DNA of 64,000 nucleotides from Styela clava (GCF_964204865.1 NC_135252.1:11408001-11472000), one strand, 5' to 3'; positions 47,939 to 63,103 are shown, counted from the stretch's first letter. Notes: generated by a model from the sequence alone, not told the origin. Numbers and translations: made by a program.

Positions 47939-50900
47939 CCTATGTTCATAATTCTTTATTACATCACCACCTTGTTGGACGGTCGAACCCTAGAAAGTTG
48001 TGTCGGTGCATGGATGTTACCGGTAATCAAAGCAGTAGTTGTGCTTTTTAGTTACAAATGAAAAATTGATTACCGGTCTCATAAGCCGTAATAGTTGTAA
48101 ACATTCCTCATATCTTTGAAGCAGAAAAATTTAGACCGAATATTCTAGCCTCATTTAGATTTTCTTGTATGGCATGATGATCTTCTCGACGGTGTTGCGT
48201 GACAATCTAACAAGTAACTATTATAGCGTTACAAGCTACAATCATGATCACACAATTTCCTCCTTCTCGCCAAATTTGCAAACTTACCTGATCGATAGCA
48301 CACAAAAATATCGAGCGTGTTTATTTGTTCATTGCCTCCGCATGCTTGTCAAAGCCCACGCACTGCACAACTATGACTTTGCGAGCTTACTGCTAGTAAT
48401 GCAAAAAATGGTATGACGACTCGTTTGTACGTGTTGTTACTTGTTCGTTAAAAAAGTAATGTTTAGATGTAAATTAACCCCTACATTTCGGAGGAGTTCA
48501 GAGCCGCGAATGCTAGGGGAAAAGGAAATACTGACTGGTAACAGCGAAGGTTTGCACGTGCATCCTGGGTGAACTTACAGTCATTTAATTTTTATGCATT
48601 AATATAAAAGCGACTTCCTTATGATGTCAAAATGTGAACAAATCTAACTTGTGTTTTAGTCGCTCACGTTCCGAATCTACCTTATTATATACCGGTATAT
48701 ATGTCAAAATAGCAAACACTTCCATGCATTCGAAGGCGCGGTTCCGCTAGATTAGAATTTAGTTTCGTATAAAAATAGGATGACAACATGACTTCATACT
48801 TTTCTTATATGGCTGTGTTACAGCATAAGCGTAACATGGCAAGAATAAGGAAGACTCTTATATACATACATTAAAGACGTTGTTTTCACAAAGTAGTTTA
48901 CACAAAATGACAATCAAATGCCTTGTGTATATGTAATTAAAATTTAACGAAGACTATATTTATTGTCTATTTTTTCAAACTGTTAGAGTTATTTTTATCT
49001 CAACCTGTACCTTTTATGATATACCGTACCCAATTTTTGGGATACTTTTTCAATTTCGATTTGAATTTTAGGGCTTTCGTTTTTATTTACAGGTATATAT
49101 GAAAGTTTGAAGATGCGGTGTATACGGCACCGGTTCTAATTTTGGTGTCATTGTCATTTTGTCCATCCGCGCAGTTTAATTTGATGGGCGACAACAATAC
49201 CCATCTCAGAATAATAATGAATTCTCTCTTTTTCCTAATGATATATATATTCGTACTACCATCCTTGGTCATAATATGACAATATTAGTTATTTTCGGAC
49301 TATTTTACGTTTATGTTCATGTTTTGTGAAGTATTCCCGCACTAACTAAAATCATTTTAGGCTTCCAACTATGATCCGTGCTTGATCCGTCAACATTTTT
49401 TTTTTTGTAAATTTTTTATTCCACTACTAGGTGAATTTTATTTGTGTAGGTATTTCAAAGCTTAGAGATACACGAAAGTATTTGTCATTACTTCAAAGAT
49501 AAGTCATTTGAACGAGCGGGAAACAATTTCGCGCACATAATAAACAAACAAAGATTCCAGACAACTATCGTGAACATGCTCTTACATATCATTGAATATT
49601 TCGCGTTTCGCTTCGCTTGCGAAGCTGAGTCTGTTTTTTCTGCAAAGGTGACGTAACGCTCTTTGAGCAGAGCGCTTAAATCTTGTTTCTTTGTAACACG
49701 TGTTCATCGGAGCGATGAGAGTGTGAAACGTTCTCTCAAAATTTTTTGAAATTTCTCTCTCCTGACCGGCGTAAGGTCGAATGGTTTGCGGCTACGTCAT
49801 ATGGGCGCGTTTTAGTAGGAAGACGCGAAAATAAGCTTTTCAAAGAGATATTGGGGGTGTTCCTGGCACGTTTGGTTAATTAGTCATTACATATTATAAA
49901 ATGGTACAAAAAGTCGATTGTAACCAGCGGAAAAAGAGGGTTAAATAAAACTGATTTTGTCCAAATACATATTGAAAAATTGGAAATTGATTTTAAAATG
50001 TATTATTTTCCAACCCTCTACTAAAATCTTAACGATTCACAATTTTGGTTGGATTCCTGTTTTGTCACGGAGTATTTCGATCCCCCTTAATTTCTTTCTC
50101 ACCCCTGAACCTCCTCTTGAACATTCTGTGGCAGTTGAGATTAAAAATTTATTCACCTGAAAATCAAAAATCCCCAGAGTACAGTGCGCGGGGCAGCCGC
50201 GGATAGAAATTTCACTGTCACTCCCAATGTTATCGACTCAATCAGCGCAGTAGAGCAGGGGAAATTTTACAACGTTGAAGATGAGTTGTTAATACTATTG
50301 ACTCGGATTTGAAATTTTCTTAAATCCGGCTGTGGCTCCCGATTCCGAGCTAGGGGAATTTTGACTTCAACTCCGAAAGCTTAACGAAGTCAAATTTTGA
50401 TGATGAAAATGTTTGCGCATGCACCATTCTTACACACTGTTACGAACTCGTATTTAACTTCGAGTTTTTGTTGAAAATTTTGATTTTAATTATTAAAATG
50501 AAAAGAGGAACAGGCCGTCTGCGACTACGATTAAGAACTATATTTATTAATTATTACTATCAACCTTTCATCGTGAATATACGCTATGTGTCATGTGTTA
50601 CACTATCGATTAGATTCATTTGAGCTTGTTTTCTGAATTGCTTGACAAAACTCTTACATATTTTTTAAGTTGACGTAAATTCTGATTTTAAAATGTATTT
50701 TATATTGTCTATATTAATGCTAAGTAAGCTAAGCAAATATAACACTTATAATTGAGCAGACACAAAGCATCCAAATAAACTACATAGTGTACCAGATAAA
50801 GTAATAAAATAAATTGAGGGAAAGAAAAAACATTCTTTACTTCAAGGCGGTCGAAAGGCTCTCGAGAAATAACGTGATGCTATTTTTCGATTTTGCAAGC

Positions 50901-51990
50901 AGAGTCTCAAATTACGCTTTTTCTCTTTCTTTGTTCGTTGTAGTATAAGATATAAGAAATAAACCCTCTATATAAATGAAAAATAATCGCTCGTATGGTT
51001 AAAAAATACAAATATTATAAAATTATTTGGCATCTTGACAACTATGAAGAATCTCGAATGAATGCGCACACATTGATATAAATTGGTAAAAGTACATTCA
51101 ACATTTGATCACTATATCACGAATTGAACATAGGTTAAAGTGGGGGGCTAAATATTTGAATAATTTGTGAAATTGATTGTCATGGATGATTGGTTACATA
51201 TTCGTGTTACAAGTATATGTGTAGGGTTCTACTTTTATTGCGGATCCATTTGTGACCTGTATGAAATGATACTCAAACAAAGAAATTGAATGATAGTGGC
51301 AACATAAGAAACGCGTCTCGTTGGAATAAATAGTGTTAAAGTTCGCTTTCGCTAGGAAATAGTCTAGCTTCGTCAGACAAGGAGCTTATGGCAATGTCAG
51401 GGCAGTTTCTCTTCATCATTATACAAGATTTGCAAGCTTTTGATGGAATGAATATTTGTCAAGTATATATAATTTACTATTTCAACGAAAGTTTAAGAAA
51501 TCGATAAATCATTTGATAATCTGCAATTCTCTTACTTTGTTGCATTAATTCAATAGTTTGAAACAAGGACAGCGAATGTTTTTTTAAGTAGTTCTTTTTC
51601 ATAAGAAAAAATAATACTGTAACTTGATTTGTTTCTCCGAAATATGTTTCAGTTTACAACCGCAACAACAACAGTTTTATTTATTTTTGGGAATGTCATG
51701 GTGTATCTGTATTTGATTTATTATCCCATTGAAGTGCTATAATTATTGGAGTAGCTCAAAGCATTTTTTGGATCTTAACTCGAGCGAGAGATATAAAATG
51801 AGCTTGTAAGGCCTTTTTGAAGACATTTCCGTTGTAGGTAGTCCCAAAATTGTCTAAATAATTGCTCATTGCTTAAATGTCTTCAGAAATTGAAATATTT
51901 GTGAAGGTTTTTGCATTTTATTCCACTTTCCCCTCGGTGTAAAGCGCTTCGCTCTGGTATATTAATTCCCCACGAAAGTTTCAGTCTAAT

Positions 51991-54900
51991 TCAGCAATAT
52001 CCGCAGGTCTTTTTACATTTTTTTCTGCCAGTGTTACCATAACACGAAATATGTCTTTCAGTGCAGAAAATACCTAACTCGTCTTTGCATTTAACCGGGC
52101 GTTTTGCTGAAAAGTAAAATAAATATTAAACCCAGGTGGACTATATTAAAAAATGAATTACGTAATCTCACGATCACATCATGACAGGATGTGTGCCATT
52201 GTTTGTTCTTTTTTTGTGTAGACTTTTTGGTTAACATTGTACTAAACTATAAAACCAAGTTTCAAATTATGCACCTATGATCAGCAAATAACATGCTTAA
52301 CTGAGACTGTTTTTCGCGGATAGCATTCCAGATACTCAGAAATTACATTTACCTTGTGGTGTTCGGCATTCTAGCAGTACATTGTTATTAAAACGAGTCA
52401 GTTCAAAATAGAAGTTCTTTATACCTAAGCACGAGTTATCAGTGATTTTTGAAAATACTTTATTTTGGGATTGTTGCGAAAATTTCCATCTTTGCGGTCG
52501 CATGTTTGTTTGGATGAAAAAAAAAAATTAAGATGGCAGATCGAAGAAGCTTGGTGTATCGAATGATAAATTTTTCTCTGGGGGCCCATATCTTATATTC
52601 TTGAATTTTATATTGCTCTGTTAATGCTTAGTACTCATATATATCTGAACCCATAGATGAAATTCCACTAATCAAAATTAACAAACTTACCAGAATAAGT
52701 ACAAGGACCATTTGAACACTGAATAACATTTGATTTTTGTCCAGGACACTCTGATAATCGACCTCCGAGACATTTCCTGGGGGAAAGGTAAATGTTTAAT
52801 TATTTTATAAAACACAGGCAGTGAAATAAAGTAGCAGATTATTTTAAAAAGCTCTTCAGAACTAAATTAGCATGACACTAATTTTTTAATTTTATGCATA
52901 CATATATACAATACGAGTCGTTGTAGTAAAGTGTACGGTTTATTACATGTATTTTCGGATTTCAGATAAATCCTATTTCATTATACCTTGACCGTCGTTT
53001 ATATCCCGTGCGATCACAGCTGGCGTTACATTGAGTCCAACTTGTCCAATCTGACCAGCCAACAGGATAAGGTTTCTGCGTCGATTTGGATTCACTTGCA
53101 GGACACCGATTATAATCTTCCCTTTCGCCAACACATGTGTTACCTCCAACGCAAATTCGAGACCGCCTTTTATACACACAGCTCGACCAAGGTGCCCATT
53201 CACCCCACTGCGCTTTACATGGACGACTTGAACATGGAACAGATTCTCTGGCTGGTTCGGAACATGCTCTGGTTAAGCATATCCTGGCTCGTACGTGTTG
53301 TCCACCATCTCCACAGGTTTTTGTGCATGGACTCCAAGGCGTCCACGGCGTCCATTTATCAGGGCATCTACCTCGAGAACAGGATCGTTTTTCGGTCCTT
53401 AGCTTCATTAAAGAATCCCCCCCAGTGCGCTGTTGAAACCCTGAACCACATGATACTGAACATTCTGTCCATTGGCTCCAAGGCACTAAGAAATATGATT
53501 TTAAGTGACAATTTGAAGATTGAGATAGAGATGAAATTATAAGCCATTATCATTTTTTCTTGAAATCTATACCTTCGCAAGATCCAACAGCGCAACTTCT
53601 GCTTCTTATTCTAGATCCTTGACACCCCTCCGCTCCTGGTTGTCCCTTTTTACAATATCTGAACGAATATTGTTCCGACAAGTCACAGGTTGACATACAT
53701 GGAGTGTAGGGACCCCAATTTGTCCAATAAGCACAATTTCTATTGTAGCAAGTCTGGAATAAAAATGAACTGATATTCATATAGATTCTAGAAGATAATA
53801 TAGCCATTATTAGTCTCGCAATAAGAATATGAGTAACTTTTCTCAGAAACTTGTAAAAAAGAATTTACTATTTGAGAGTCCATTTTAAGCAAATCAATGA
53901 TTTCTTACAATGTGGATCCTTCATTTATAATCCGAATGGGAAACATAAACAAAAATAATTAATAGTTTGGCTAATATGAATTTTTCTGAAATAAAACTGA
54001 CTTTTATAAAACAAAAAGCCTAGGAAAGCAAATTTACATTTGAGACTTTCTCCTACTAATATTTATTACATGTAACAAGTACTTCAAATGTGAACAATGG
54101 ATTCTAAATGCTTCATGTCACGTTTATCTAGGTCAGCAATCTGAATGCTATTTTGGATATTAATTAACATTATCCACCATACTTTTGCCATTCGTTAGAC
54201 AAATCAAAAGTCACGACGACATGCATTTACGTGTGGCCGTAATTAATGGAAGTTTAGAAATTACCGAGTTCAGTAGGTGAACTGATGTGAAACTGAATGG
54301 ATTGATCTTTGATCCAATCATTTTGTAATTAATGTAATTGATGAGATAAATGACTGCAGTAAAACTTGCAAAATCAATGTGAATCTTTCTATATTTACAT
54401 TATTGTGGATTAAATCCTTCCTGAATATAACATAATTGTTGCCATTGAACTTACATGTTTCAGACTATGAAGATATAATATAATTACCGTATGTCATATA
54501 TATGAATGGCATATTAACGAATAATAAAACAGAGAGGGAATCGTATCCATGTGCTTCCTGTCCCCTTTTTGTATTGAGAATAGTATTAGAATACATTAAT
54601 TTACATATTGGGTGTTTAATTCATCTAAGCAATTTAGGCATAATCTTTTAGCTCTTTAGCAGAGTACAGACTCGCATTAAAGATGACAAAAATGTCTAGA
54701 CTTGAAGTAAAATGTCAAAACTTTCGGTTTAATTGATGAATCTAATATCCTGTTTGTTTTTACGCTAAATGACTTGAGACTATTTTTTATATCGTAAACA
54801 GAGGAGTTGAATCTACATTTATCTTTTCCAAACAAACCAAAACATAATTAATCCATCTTGATCATGTAATGTCATTTATTAATTTTCGAGCTCGCATGTG

Positions 54901-57900
54901 AAATAATAATATAAATATTTTCTCGAGTCTGAAGCAGTAAATCTTTAAATACTTCTTTCACGAAATCTTAGCAGTTTGAGCTCGAGAGCGCTCCTGACTT
55001 GACTGGCCAGTCGGGGAACCGGCTCTTCTACAAAACAGAAGATTCCCCATGAGGTTGGTAATGATAAAATTAACTAAAGATCATTCGCGGAAGATGATTA
55101 GAATGTAGCAATAAACAATTTGAACGTTTCTCACCCGTCGGTCAAACTTATTTCCGGGACAGCCCCGGCCGTTTTCATCAAGACAGACTCTGAGTCTTCG
55201 TTGAATACCTGGCTTTCCGCACAATGCGTTACAAGTCCCCCATGTAAACCATTGGGTCCATTCAGCAGTACGCGGAGGTTCTGAAATGGAATATCAAAGT
55301 AATTGAAAAATAAGTTTAATTTCAAGAAAGCACATCAGCTGATAAATCCATATAGCACAGTCCGTTGTAATTTTCTACGAAGTAAATTTGACATCAACTT
55401 TTAAATGTGTATGATGCAATTTCTCATCTCTATTATATGATCATATATACAGAGTATATAAATATATATACCTAGAATAATTAATTTCGACTGTTCTTAG
55501 TAAAACTCGAAATAGAGTCGACGACAAAATTTGCAGAAAGAATACTGATACTTGTCGGCATTTTAAAAGTAAGAAATACTTTATTTTAAATGAAATTCAG
55601 ATTTTTTGACTAAATCCTTTTTGATTAATTTTCCAACTTTCCGCAACCCTTTCAGATTCAAACGGCCGATGCCTTTGGAAACCTTATTAATTTTATTTAC
55701 CTTCACCTCTCTCGAGTTAACAGTGATGAAAGCAATAAACTTTTTTTAATATGAATTGTGCTGACATGTACATGGGAGGTTAAACCTCCGGCTTTTGACG
55801 ATATTACCTGGGTTTTAAGGATTAAGATATTATCCTGCAAAAATGAATACTGTTCATCGGCTTTCCAATGTAAATCAAGCAATATGCGGAAGGAATTCGT
55901 CTAGGAATGTGACTACTGGAAATTGATAACTGAAAAAATATGGTTTAAATGATATGTACTACTATAACGATTTTATCGGAAATCACATAAAAATGGAATA
56001 CAAATTGTTTGATAGTAAATATTTTCTAATTATCATTTGTACAGCAATGCTTCTGAATAATGAAAGTGAGTTGTCACGCTTCATGTGTAAAATCAGCATT
56101 TTGCAACATTTGACGCAATTTTATCGTAACCGTTTCAACATTTTAGTATATATATATTATATATAAACTGGTCAGACCTCTAATCTTTCCTATTATGTTT
56201 TGAAAACAATTCCGTTTTAATATTTGGATATTTAATCTATAATTAATTTGATCAGATTTGACTGTTTATCAGTTTAATGATTTCTTAAAATGTTTGACCC
56301 GTCCTATTTGCATGCAAAGCAATGCATGAATTTTCCACATAATAAGAATGTCATTTAAGAAAGTCACGAGATTATTATACAATTCATTGTAATTTGCTTA
56401 AAAATGTTGGAATCATAATGAGGTTTGGGAGTTATTGTGTTGCCCATTTTGCAACCATCAGTTTAACTGCATATAGGTATGGCCGGACAATACAAATGAT
56501 GCTATTGACTGCTTCATTGATTGAAAGACTGTGGCATGTTCCCTAATTTTACAAATCTATATGTATGTGTGTATCTGACATGAAAACTAAGTTACATGAT
56601 TTCATAGTGGGTCAGTCACGAATTCAAATAACGTTTTTATTACCGATGTTTAGTAACATGTTTAACATGTTAGATCAAGTATATTTTGTTCGCCATATAC
56701 CAGATTTTTTTCAATTAGTGTTCTTTCCTGTATTACAATTTGTATTTCTCTCAGATTTCATCAAAGATAATGTTTATTTTTATAATATCATCACAGAATG
56801 CCAGTTAAATTTTTATGCATTTCTTGATTTTAAATAAAACATATTTATGATTTTAGAAGAAAATTGTTATGTATTCTATTCTGTGATATATCAATTGTAT
56901 ATGATTGCTATCAGCAACACGGCCCTGAAAAATTTTTGTTGCGCCTCGATCATAAAAATATTATTCATGAAAGTCAAAATTGCTATTTTTAACGATGAAA
57001 TTTGATATGAAGTTGATAGCTAGAGTTAACTAATTTTTTCGTACTCTTATTCCATCATATTGTCGTGGAAGTACCTACTTTTTCTGAACGTCTTCTCCAA
57101 TTCCCCATTGCAAAAGCTAATAGCTCTTCGTAATTTTGCATCTCGTCGTACCAATGCTTCAAATGCAAAAGGCCAAGTTACAACATACGTCACACTTCCA
57201 TCCGGTAATTCTTTAGGTTCCCCAATGTCTATATTCTCCTTAAAATCTGGTTTCCGTTGTCCACTCGGTAAAGTAGAATAGTCGCAGATACTAAAAATAA
57301 AGTTTCGCAGTATTAGTATTTTCTATTCTCATCATTTCCTAAAATAGCACAAATTTCATATGAAGGACAGTGTGACGTTCTGATATCCGTTACGTTACCA
57401 ATTTAATAGGTCATATTTATATACTATGCTATACTGTGTTCAAACTTATCGACTGAATTGAAAAGATTGTTTTGCCAATATTATATAACCCGCATTTAGT
57501 ATTCGGTTGAACCTTCATAAATGCGTATAATATTAATGAAGGTGATGACAATCGACGAAACTAAAAAGAATTCACATAAGAACCGCTTCATCTACATTTC
57601 TGGGGTATTCATTTTCTTTGAACGACATTATCTGCAAATATAGCTACTTCTTGAAAAGTGCATAAACATAATGTATTTCCAACTATTTTAAACTGTTTTG
57701 AAATGAATGGTATATATGCATTGGACGCTGAAAATATACCAGCTGGATGGGAGCGATGAAATAATTCATAAACAAACACGCGCGCAGTATCAAAAATAAA
57801 ACCTTGTACGAATAAGTTTTATGTTTTATGACCTTTACCTATAATAATATATTAATAGCACTGATATACGAATAATCATCGAGTGACCGGATTATGACGT

Positions 57901-60900
57901 AATGTTTTAATGTAGCAGAGATAAGTACCGTGACGTAAAGCAACGCCATTTAGGTTAAAATACTACTTGAAAAGTTGAGTGTCATGGCTATGCTATTCTT
58001 GAACAAAAATATCGTTTAAAATTGTGTAAACCGGTTGGGAGATTTCCAGAAACTAAAATTTGTAGTGTTAGCTTTTATGTTTGCTGAGCTAAACCTTGTG
58101 GAACTGAACTTCGAAACTTATATTGGAGAAAATGGCAATTAATGATCATGTATGTAAAATAACATATAATCTATGAGGCTAAACCACTATATTTGCAAAG
58201 GAAAGTTGTAATGAGGAAATCGGAAATTGCTATTTTTGCACAAAATGCAATTGAAAGATAAAAGTAAGAGAACTTTTGATAACAACTGTTTTACATGCTT
58301 TTATCTTTAATTATAAATTGTGGAGATTTTGCAATTTATGTAATCAAATGTCGAGGAGTTTGCTAACATTGTTGCCACCGGATGCAAGTTGCACATTGGA
58401 AAAATGCCAATAACTTCAACCGATTATATCTTAATTTCGTATTTTTCTGGGGAAAATATTTACATTCAAAGTCCATTTACAACAAGAAAAAATAATTAAT
58501 AAATATCGTTTCTTCGACAATGGTAAACTAAAAACGTTATTCAAATTTCATGCTCACACGCATTGCACATGTCCTTTGATAAATCTGACAATTGTTTCGA
58601 CATTCAAATCAGCATCAGTAGGAACGGACAATATTCCAACTTCTTGTAAAAGTTCAGCTGGGTCAGCATCGTCAAATTCTATTTGAACACATCTTTCATA
58701 GTTGTCTGATGGAGGTCTGGGCGTTACTTTTGTTTTCGCAGGTCGCTTAATAGTGTATGTTTCTGCAAAATATTCGTGTCGTGTATCAGTGTTGTTATCA
58801 TTCCCAGTATATTGATAGGGATGCTAAACACCTCATCTTCCGTATTTGACCCACTATATTGTTGATCAGTTTTTGATGCGTAAATAAATCAAATTTTTGT
58901 GTTAAGTCTTATCAGATGGAAATGAGCCAATAGTTACACCTACCGTGTCAAGGTTTAATTTGGCATTACGTCATAAAGTTATGAAACGGTGATTCGATGG
59001 TAAATACCAAATTAGGAATCAAACGATGACTTGCTGAATGTCAAATATATACGACTGCTTGCATACTAACAAATTGACATACATTTCGGAAGTATGCAGT
59101 ATCAAACTGTCATAAATGAATACCCATGGACCTCTCTGATCGCGTACAATAGTTTCGAATAAAATTCAATATTATACAAGTAGAACAGAAGCTTCATCTT
59201 AATAAAAACGCACTTTTTCCAATAAGAAAATCAGATTGATATTCATCGACACAGGCTTTGGCTGCATCTAGCATTGAAGATGTGTTTCGTAAATATACAT
59301 CGAGACAATCTTTCCAACAAGTGGTGTCGTCTTTGTTATTTTCCTCTCTAAATACCAAAAAAATGTTTTTAAATGAAGTCGTTGAAAAGTCAATTTTGAT
59401 TGGAGTTATTTAGTTGATAATTCAGTTGTGGTGGTAATTCAGAGGCAGCAATAATTTGTTACATTGGAGAATAATTTAGTGAGGCCAGTATTAGTATTAG
59501 TATCGTTATATTGTCTTAACTACAAACAATAATTATACATATCCCTAACAAAGCAGATATAAACGGAAAATTTCGAATTATGAACCGTTTAGGGATTTTT
59601 TCGGTGTCTGTAATATATCATAGCTATTAATAGTCATTAATTAAAAATTAAATACTATTTTGCCCATAATAGGAAAATCAAAAGAAATTTAATTACATTA
59701 AGGAAAAAAATAACAGCAATTAAGTTATTATAAAATATCTTGGGTTTAAGCAATAAGTAGTATTAGGAAGAGGGAAACCGTATTCTTAATTAGCAACTAC
59801 TTTCAATATTGGCACGATGTTACCATATAGTTATACTAAAATCAAAAACAACATGAAATCACGCTGTGTACAAATGAAAAATCCCAATATAATTCATGTA
59901 TCAGCGTGGATAATTAATAGTAAATCACTTCACATATAATTAAGTTTGTATATGTCTCAGACGTTCATTATTTTTTTGTAAAAATAAACAACTTACGAAC
60001 ATGCAACTGCTCCTGAGTACAAAAACCACAGTGTTTTCAATATTGTAAAGTCGATAACACTCTTCCACTCCCACGGCTCTTCAACTTTGTCAAACATACA
60101 ATCTCGGAAGTATGCTCGTAATATCGGGAATTCTCCGTCATAATCTTCGCCAAGTTGTCGTTTTGATCGTACCAACGATCGAACGTCTTCATCCTCGACC
60201 AATGTAGCATTTGTTTCATCGACTATAATAAGTCCTTCGTCATCGTCGTCGTCATCATCATCGTCTTTATCTTTCTTTTGATGACCGGCGTGACAACCTG
60301 GTGGAAAATCATCAACAGTTAGAATAATGAAAGTGGGCTTCGTTTGCTGTCATTTTTTATCTAATAATTTTACGTAATCTTATTGAACTACTCTTACGAT
60401 ATATCACGAGAATCTTGATATAACTGACAATAGTAAATGGTAAAGTCTCATAGCGCCGAAAGTTTAAAATAATATCGCCAGCAAACATTTAAATTACGCC
60501 TGGTAGTATCGAATAATATACATACTCGAGTCAAAAGTCAACTGACGGAAGCTCCAAAGCTGAATTAGCAGCGAATTTTGTGATCGTTTGTAGTTTATTC
60601 TTTAGTATTTCAATTAAGTTAATTTTTTTTGTACGGGACAAATAGGATTAGAACGTTGTTTCAACAATGTTAGCGTCGTTGGTCAAAAGATCTTCGACTC
60701 TTGTGCGATGTGAAAGTACACAAAAATGTAACAAAAAACATTGTGGTCATGTAATAATTGAAGGTACATCAAAAACTCGTAGTTTTGTGTATCCTAAAAT
60801 TCCTTTTACCTTGTTAAAATAAATGTAAGATATTATCTGGCAATTGTTTCCCATGAGTTTGTAAACTTTCCAGACCGCTCGTTCCCAAGTATAGTGGTTA

Positions 60901-63103
60901 CGAAAAACCTTCTACGTGTAAATGCCGCAGATATAGGTATTTATATAAACACAATAAAATTCTTATTGCGTAAAACTGAAAATGATTCGTTTTATCAGGA
61001 TATGATGGTCTTTGATTAATTACCTGAAATTTATATATATTTTTCTAATCTTCAATCTTATCAATAATCGTTGGATGTTCGGGATTTTAGAATAAAACAT
61101 GCCTTTCTCTTTGACTAGGTTTTTATTTGGTGAAATAAAATGCGTAATTTTACGTGATATGAACTCAATATAATGGTCTTATCGAGCAATGGTTCCAATT
61201 TTATATTTGTATGTCAATGTGTTCAAAATAAATCAGCAGCATTTAATCTGGTTAGCATGTTTGAACATACAACACTTATGTCGCGTACATCATGGGTGGT
61301 ACACGAAATATAAGTTCGAGAAATTGTAACGCTGCATCCAAATCTGTACAGATCATATTTTGGCGTGTGTGCGTGTTTAAGGTTGCCGAAACAATTATAT
61401 TTATATTTATGTCTTTCTAGGAAATCTTCAAACCACTCAAAACCCAGAACAATTCCTCAGCGAAAGACGAACCAACAATCAAAGAAATTCAGCCTTTACC
61501 GACGATGAAGCAACAAACCAAATGCTCGAAAACCAAAATTTAATAATATTTAATAGAATTTAATCTGCGAGACAAATCTAACTCTAAACTTAAAAGTAAG
61601 AGGTGTTTTAGTTCGGATTGCACTTGAGACACTTTGTTCATTACCTAGAATGAAGAGCAGTGTTCGTTTAATTACTTATGGCTATCTCGCAATTATTGGA
61701 ATACTAAAAAATGCTTTAAACATACTTACTTTTTTATTTTCAAGCGTACAGTAATATTCTTATGATAATTAGGATGGAATTAATATTTGTTAGTGAATTT
61801 GTGGTTGAACGGCGTCAAACCATTGCGTCAGAAGGGCGGCGTCTGTTAGAAACTACGCATCAGATATTGTTTATTTATCAAAATATCGTATCTTTCGGTT
61901 TATTGCGTATAGTTGAAAATTTAATCTCAGCTAAGAATATTCTTCCGGAATGTGCAGGTTTTAAACAACGCTGTTATTCTGTTTCTCAAACCTAAGTTTA
62001 TTGGTGCAAACATAATAAAAAATAGTTATGTCAGTGGTTTAAATTTGAACCAATGAAAACGAAGATGAAAACAAAGATGAAAACTTTTAGGTATTATATT
62101 GTACCGATTACAATTTCTGCCATTTAGGAACCGGTTGAAAATTAATAATGATTGATAGAGGCATTTAAAACGCAAAGTGTAACACTAAACTGTTAGTTAA
62201 ATTCACAGTTCACAGCAGTAGTTTAAAGCGCACGTTGTCTTATACATTGATGGTTTATCTCCCGCTAAAATGGTATACAGATTTTGTTTAAAAGTGAACT
62301 ATTTTATAAGCTCAGTTGTAGTAATTCAATCTGAGAACTAAATTGATATTTTATCTGGAATATTAAAAAAAATGATACTCTATAACACAGGATTGGATAG
62401 AAATGTTATATTTTATTTTTATTAGTTTCACTTTTTAGTCGTTTAACAGTCGAGATTAAGTTTTACACTCTTATAAATATTAGGGCAAAGCACGAAAGTA
62501 ATTACTTTCTATTCCTTTGGAATTATAAAGAGCACAGAGAATGGTACGGACGGGATAAAGTTTCTCGCGGTCCGTTTCAAGCACTTTATCTCATAAATTC
62601 ATCTGTCGATTCTTCAAAATTGTAAATTTTGTTACGACAAAATAATAACATTGATAAAGTATCGGGTTTTATGATTTAACGAGGTTATCAGATGCTTGGT
62701 TTTGCATGCGTGTCGGCACTACATAATAATTCAAATATTTACTCAAATAAATGGGTAATTAGCAATTATTTTCATATATTCAAAAATCATCAACAAGTCG
62801 TTTGAAAGGGAGGACGTTTGATGAAGAAGCATTAAAAATTACTTCAAAGCAGTTTGCACGTGGAACGACACAAACTGTCCTACCAATCACGTCTATGCCA
62901 TTAAAATGAAATGAACAAATAATAGGCCCGATAACGATTTTGAGAATCTTTTTATTGAAACAAATATTTGAAATTGGCGATAGTGCACTCACATTGAATA
63001 AAAATAAACGAATTTCTCACTTACCTTGTGCAAGTCCGTTTTGGTAATCCACTATAAAACATAGTAACATAAATCCCACGAATAATCTTATAATTTTAGT
63101 CAT
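51991..63103 (-). CDS. G5: secreted prepro-protein (SP-acidic propeptide-RSKR-unassigned N-terminal domains-6xTSP1-ShKT), ~652 aa
   Basis: Exons in transcript order: 63025-63103, 59997-60297, 59214-59347, 58558-58762, 57079-57290, 55135-55280, 53573-53753, 52987-53485, 52691-52776, 51991-52106. Total 1959 nt with consistent intron phases. Signal MTKIIRLFVGFMLLCFIVDYQNGLA; D9 run; RSKR|Q; TSP1 WSQWTECSVSCGSG; terminal ShKT CKDELGIFCTERHISCYGNTGRKKCKKTCGYC*. The 57079-to-55280 junction is the least certain. Confidence 0.8.

Noticed and set aside
55808-55834. 27-nt candidate micro-exon in G5 (DNILILKTQ)
   Set aside because: It is only open in phase 0, which is incompatible with the flanking phase-1 junction.
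61421-61563. Plus-strand exon-like open stretch inside G5 intron 1
   Set aside because: No partner exons, start codon or recognisable motif.
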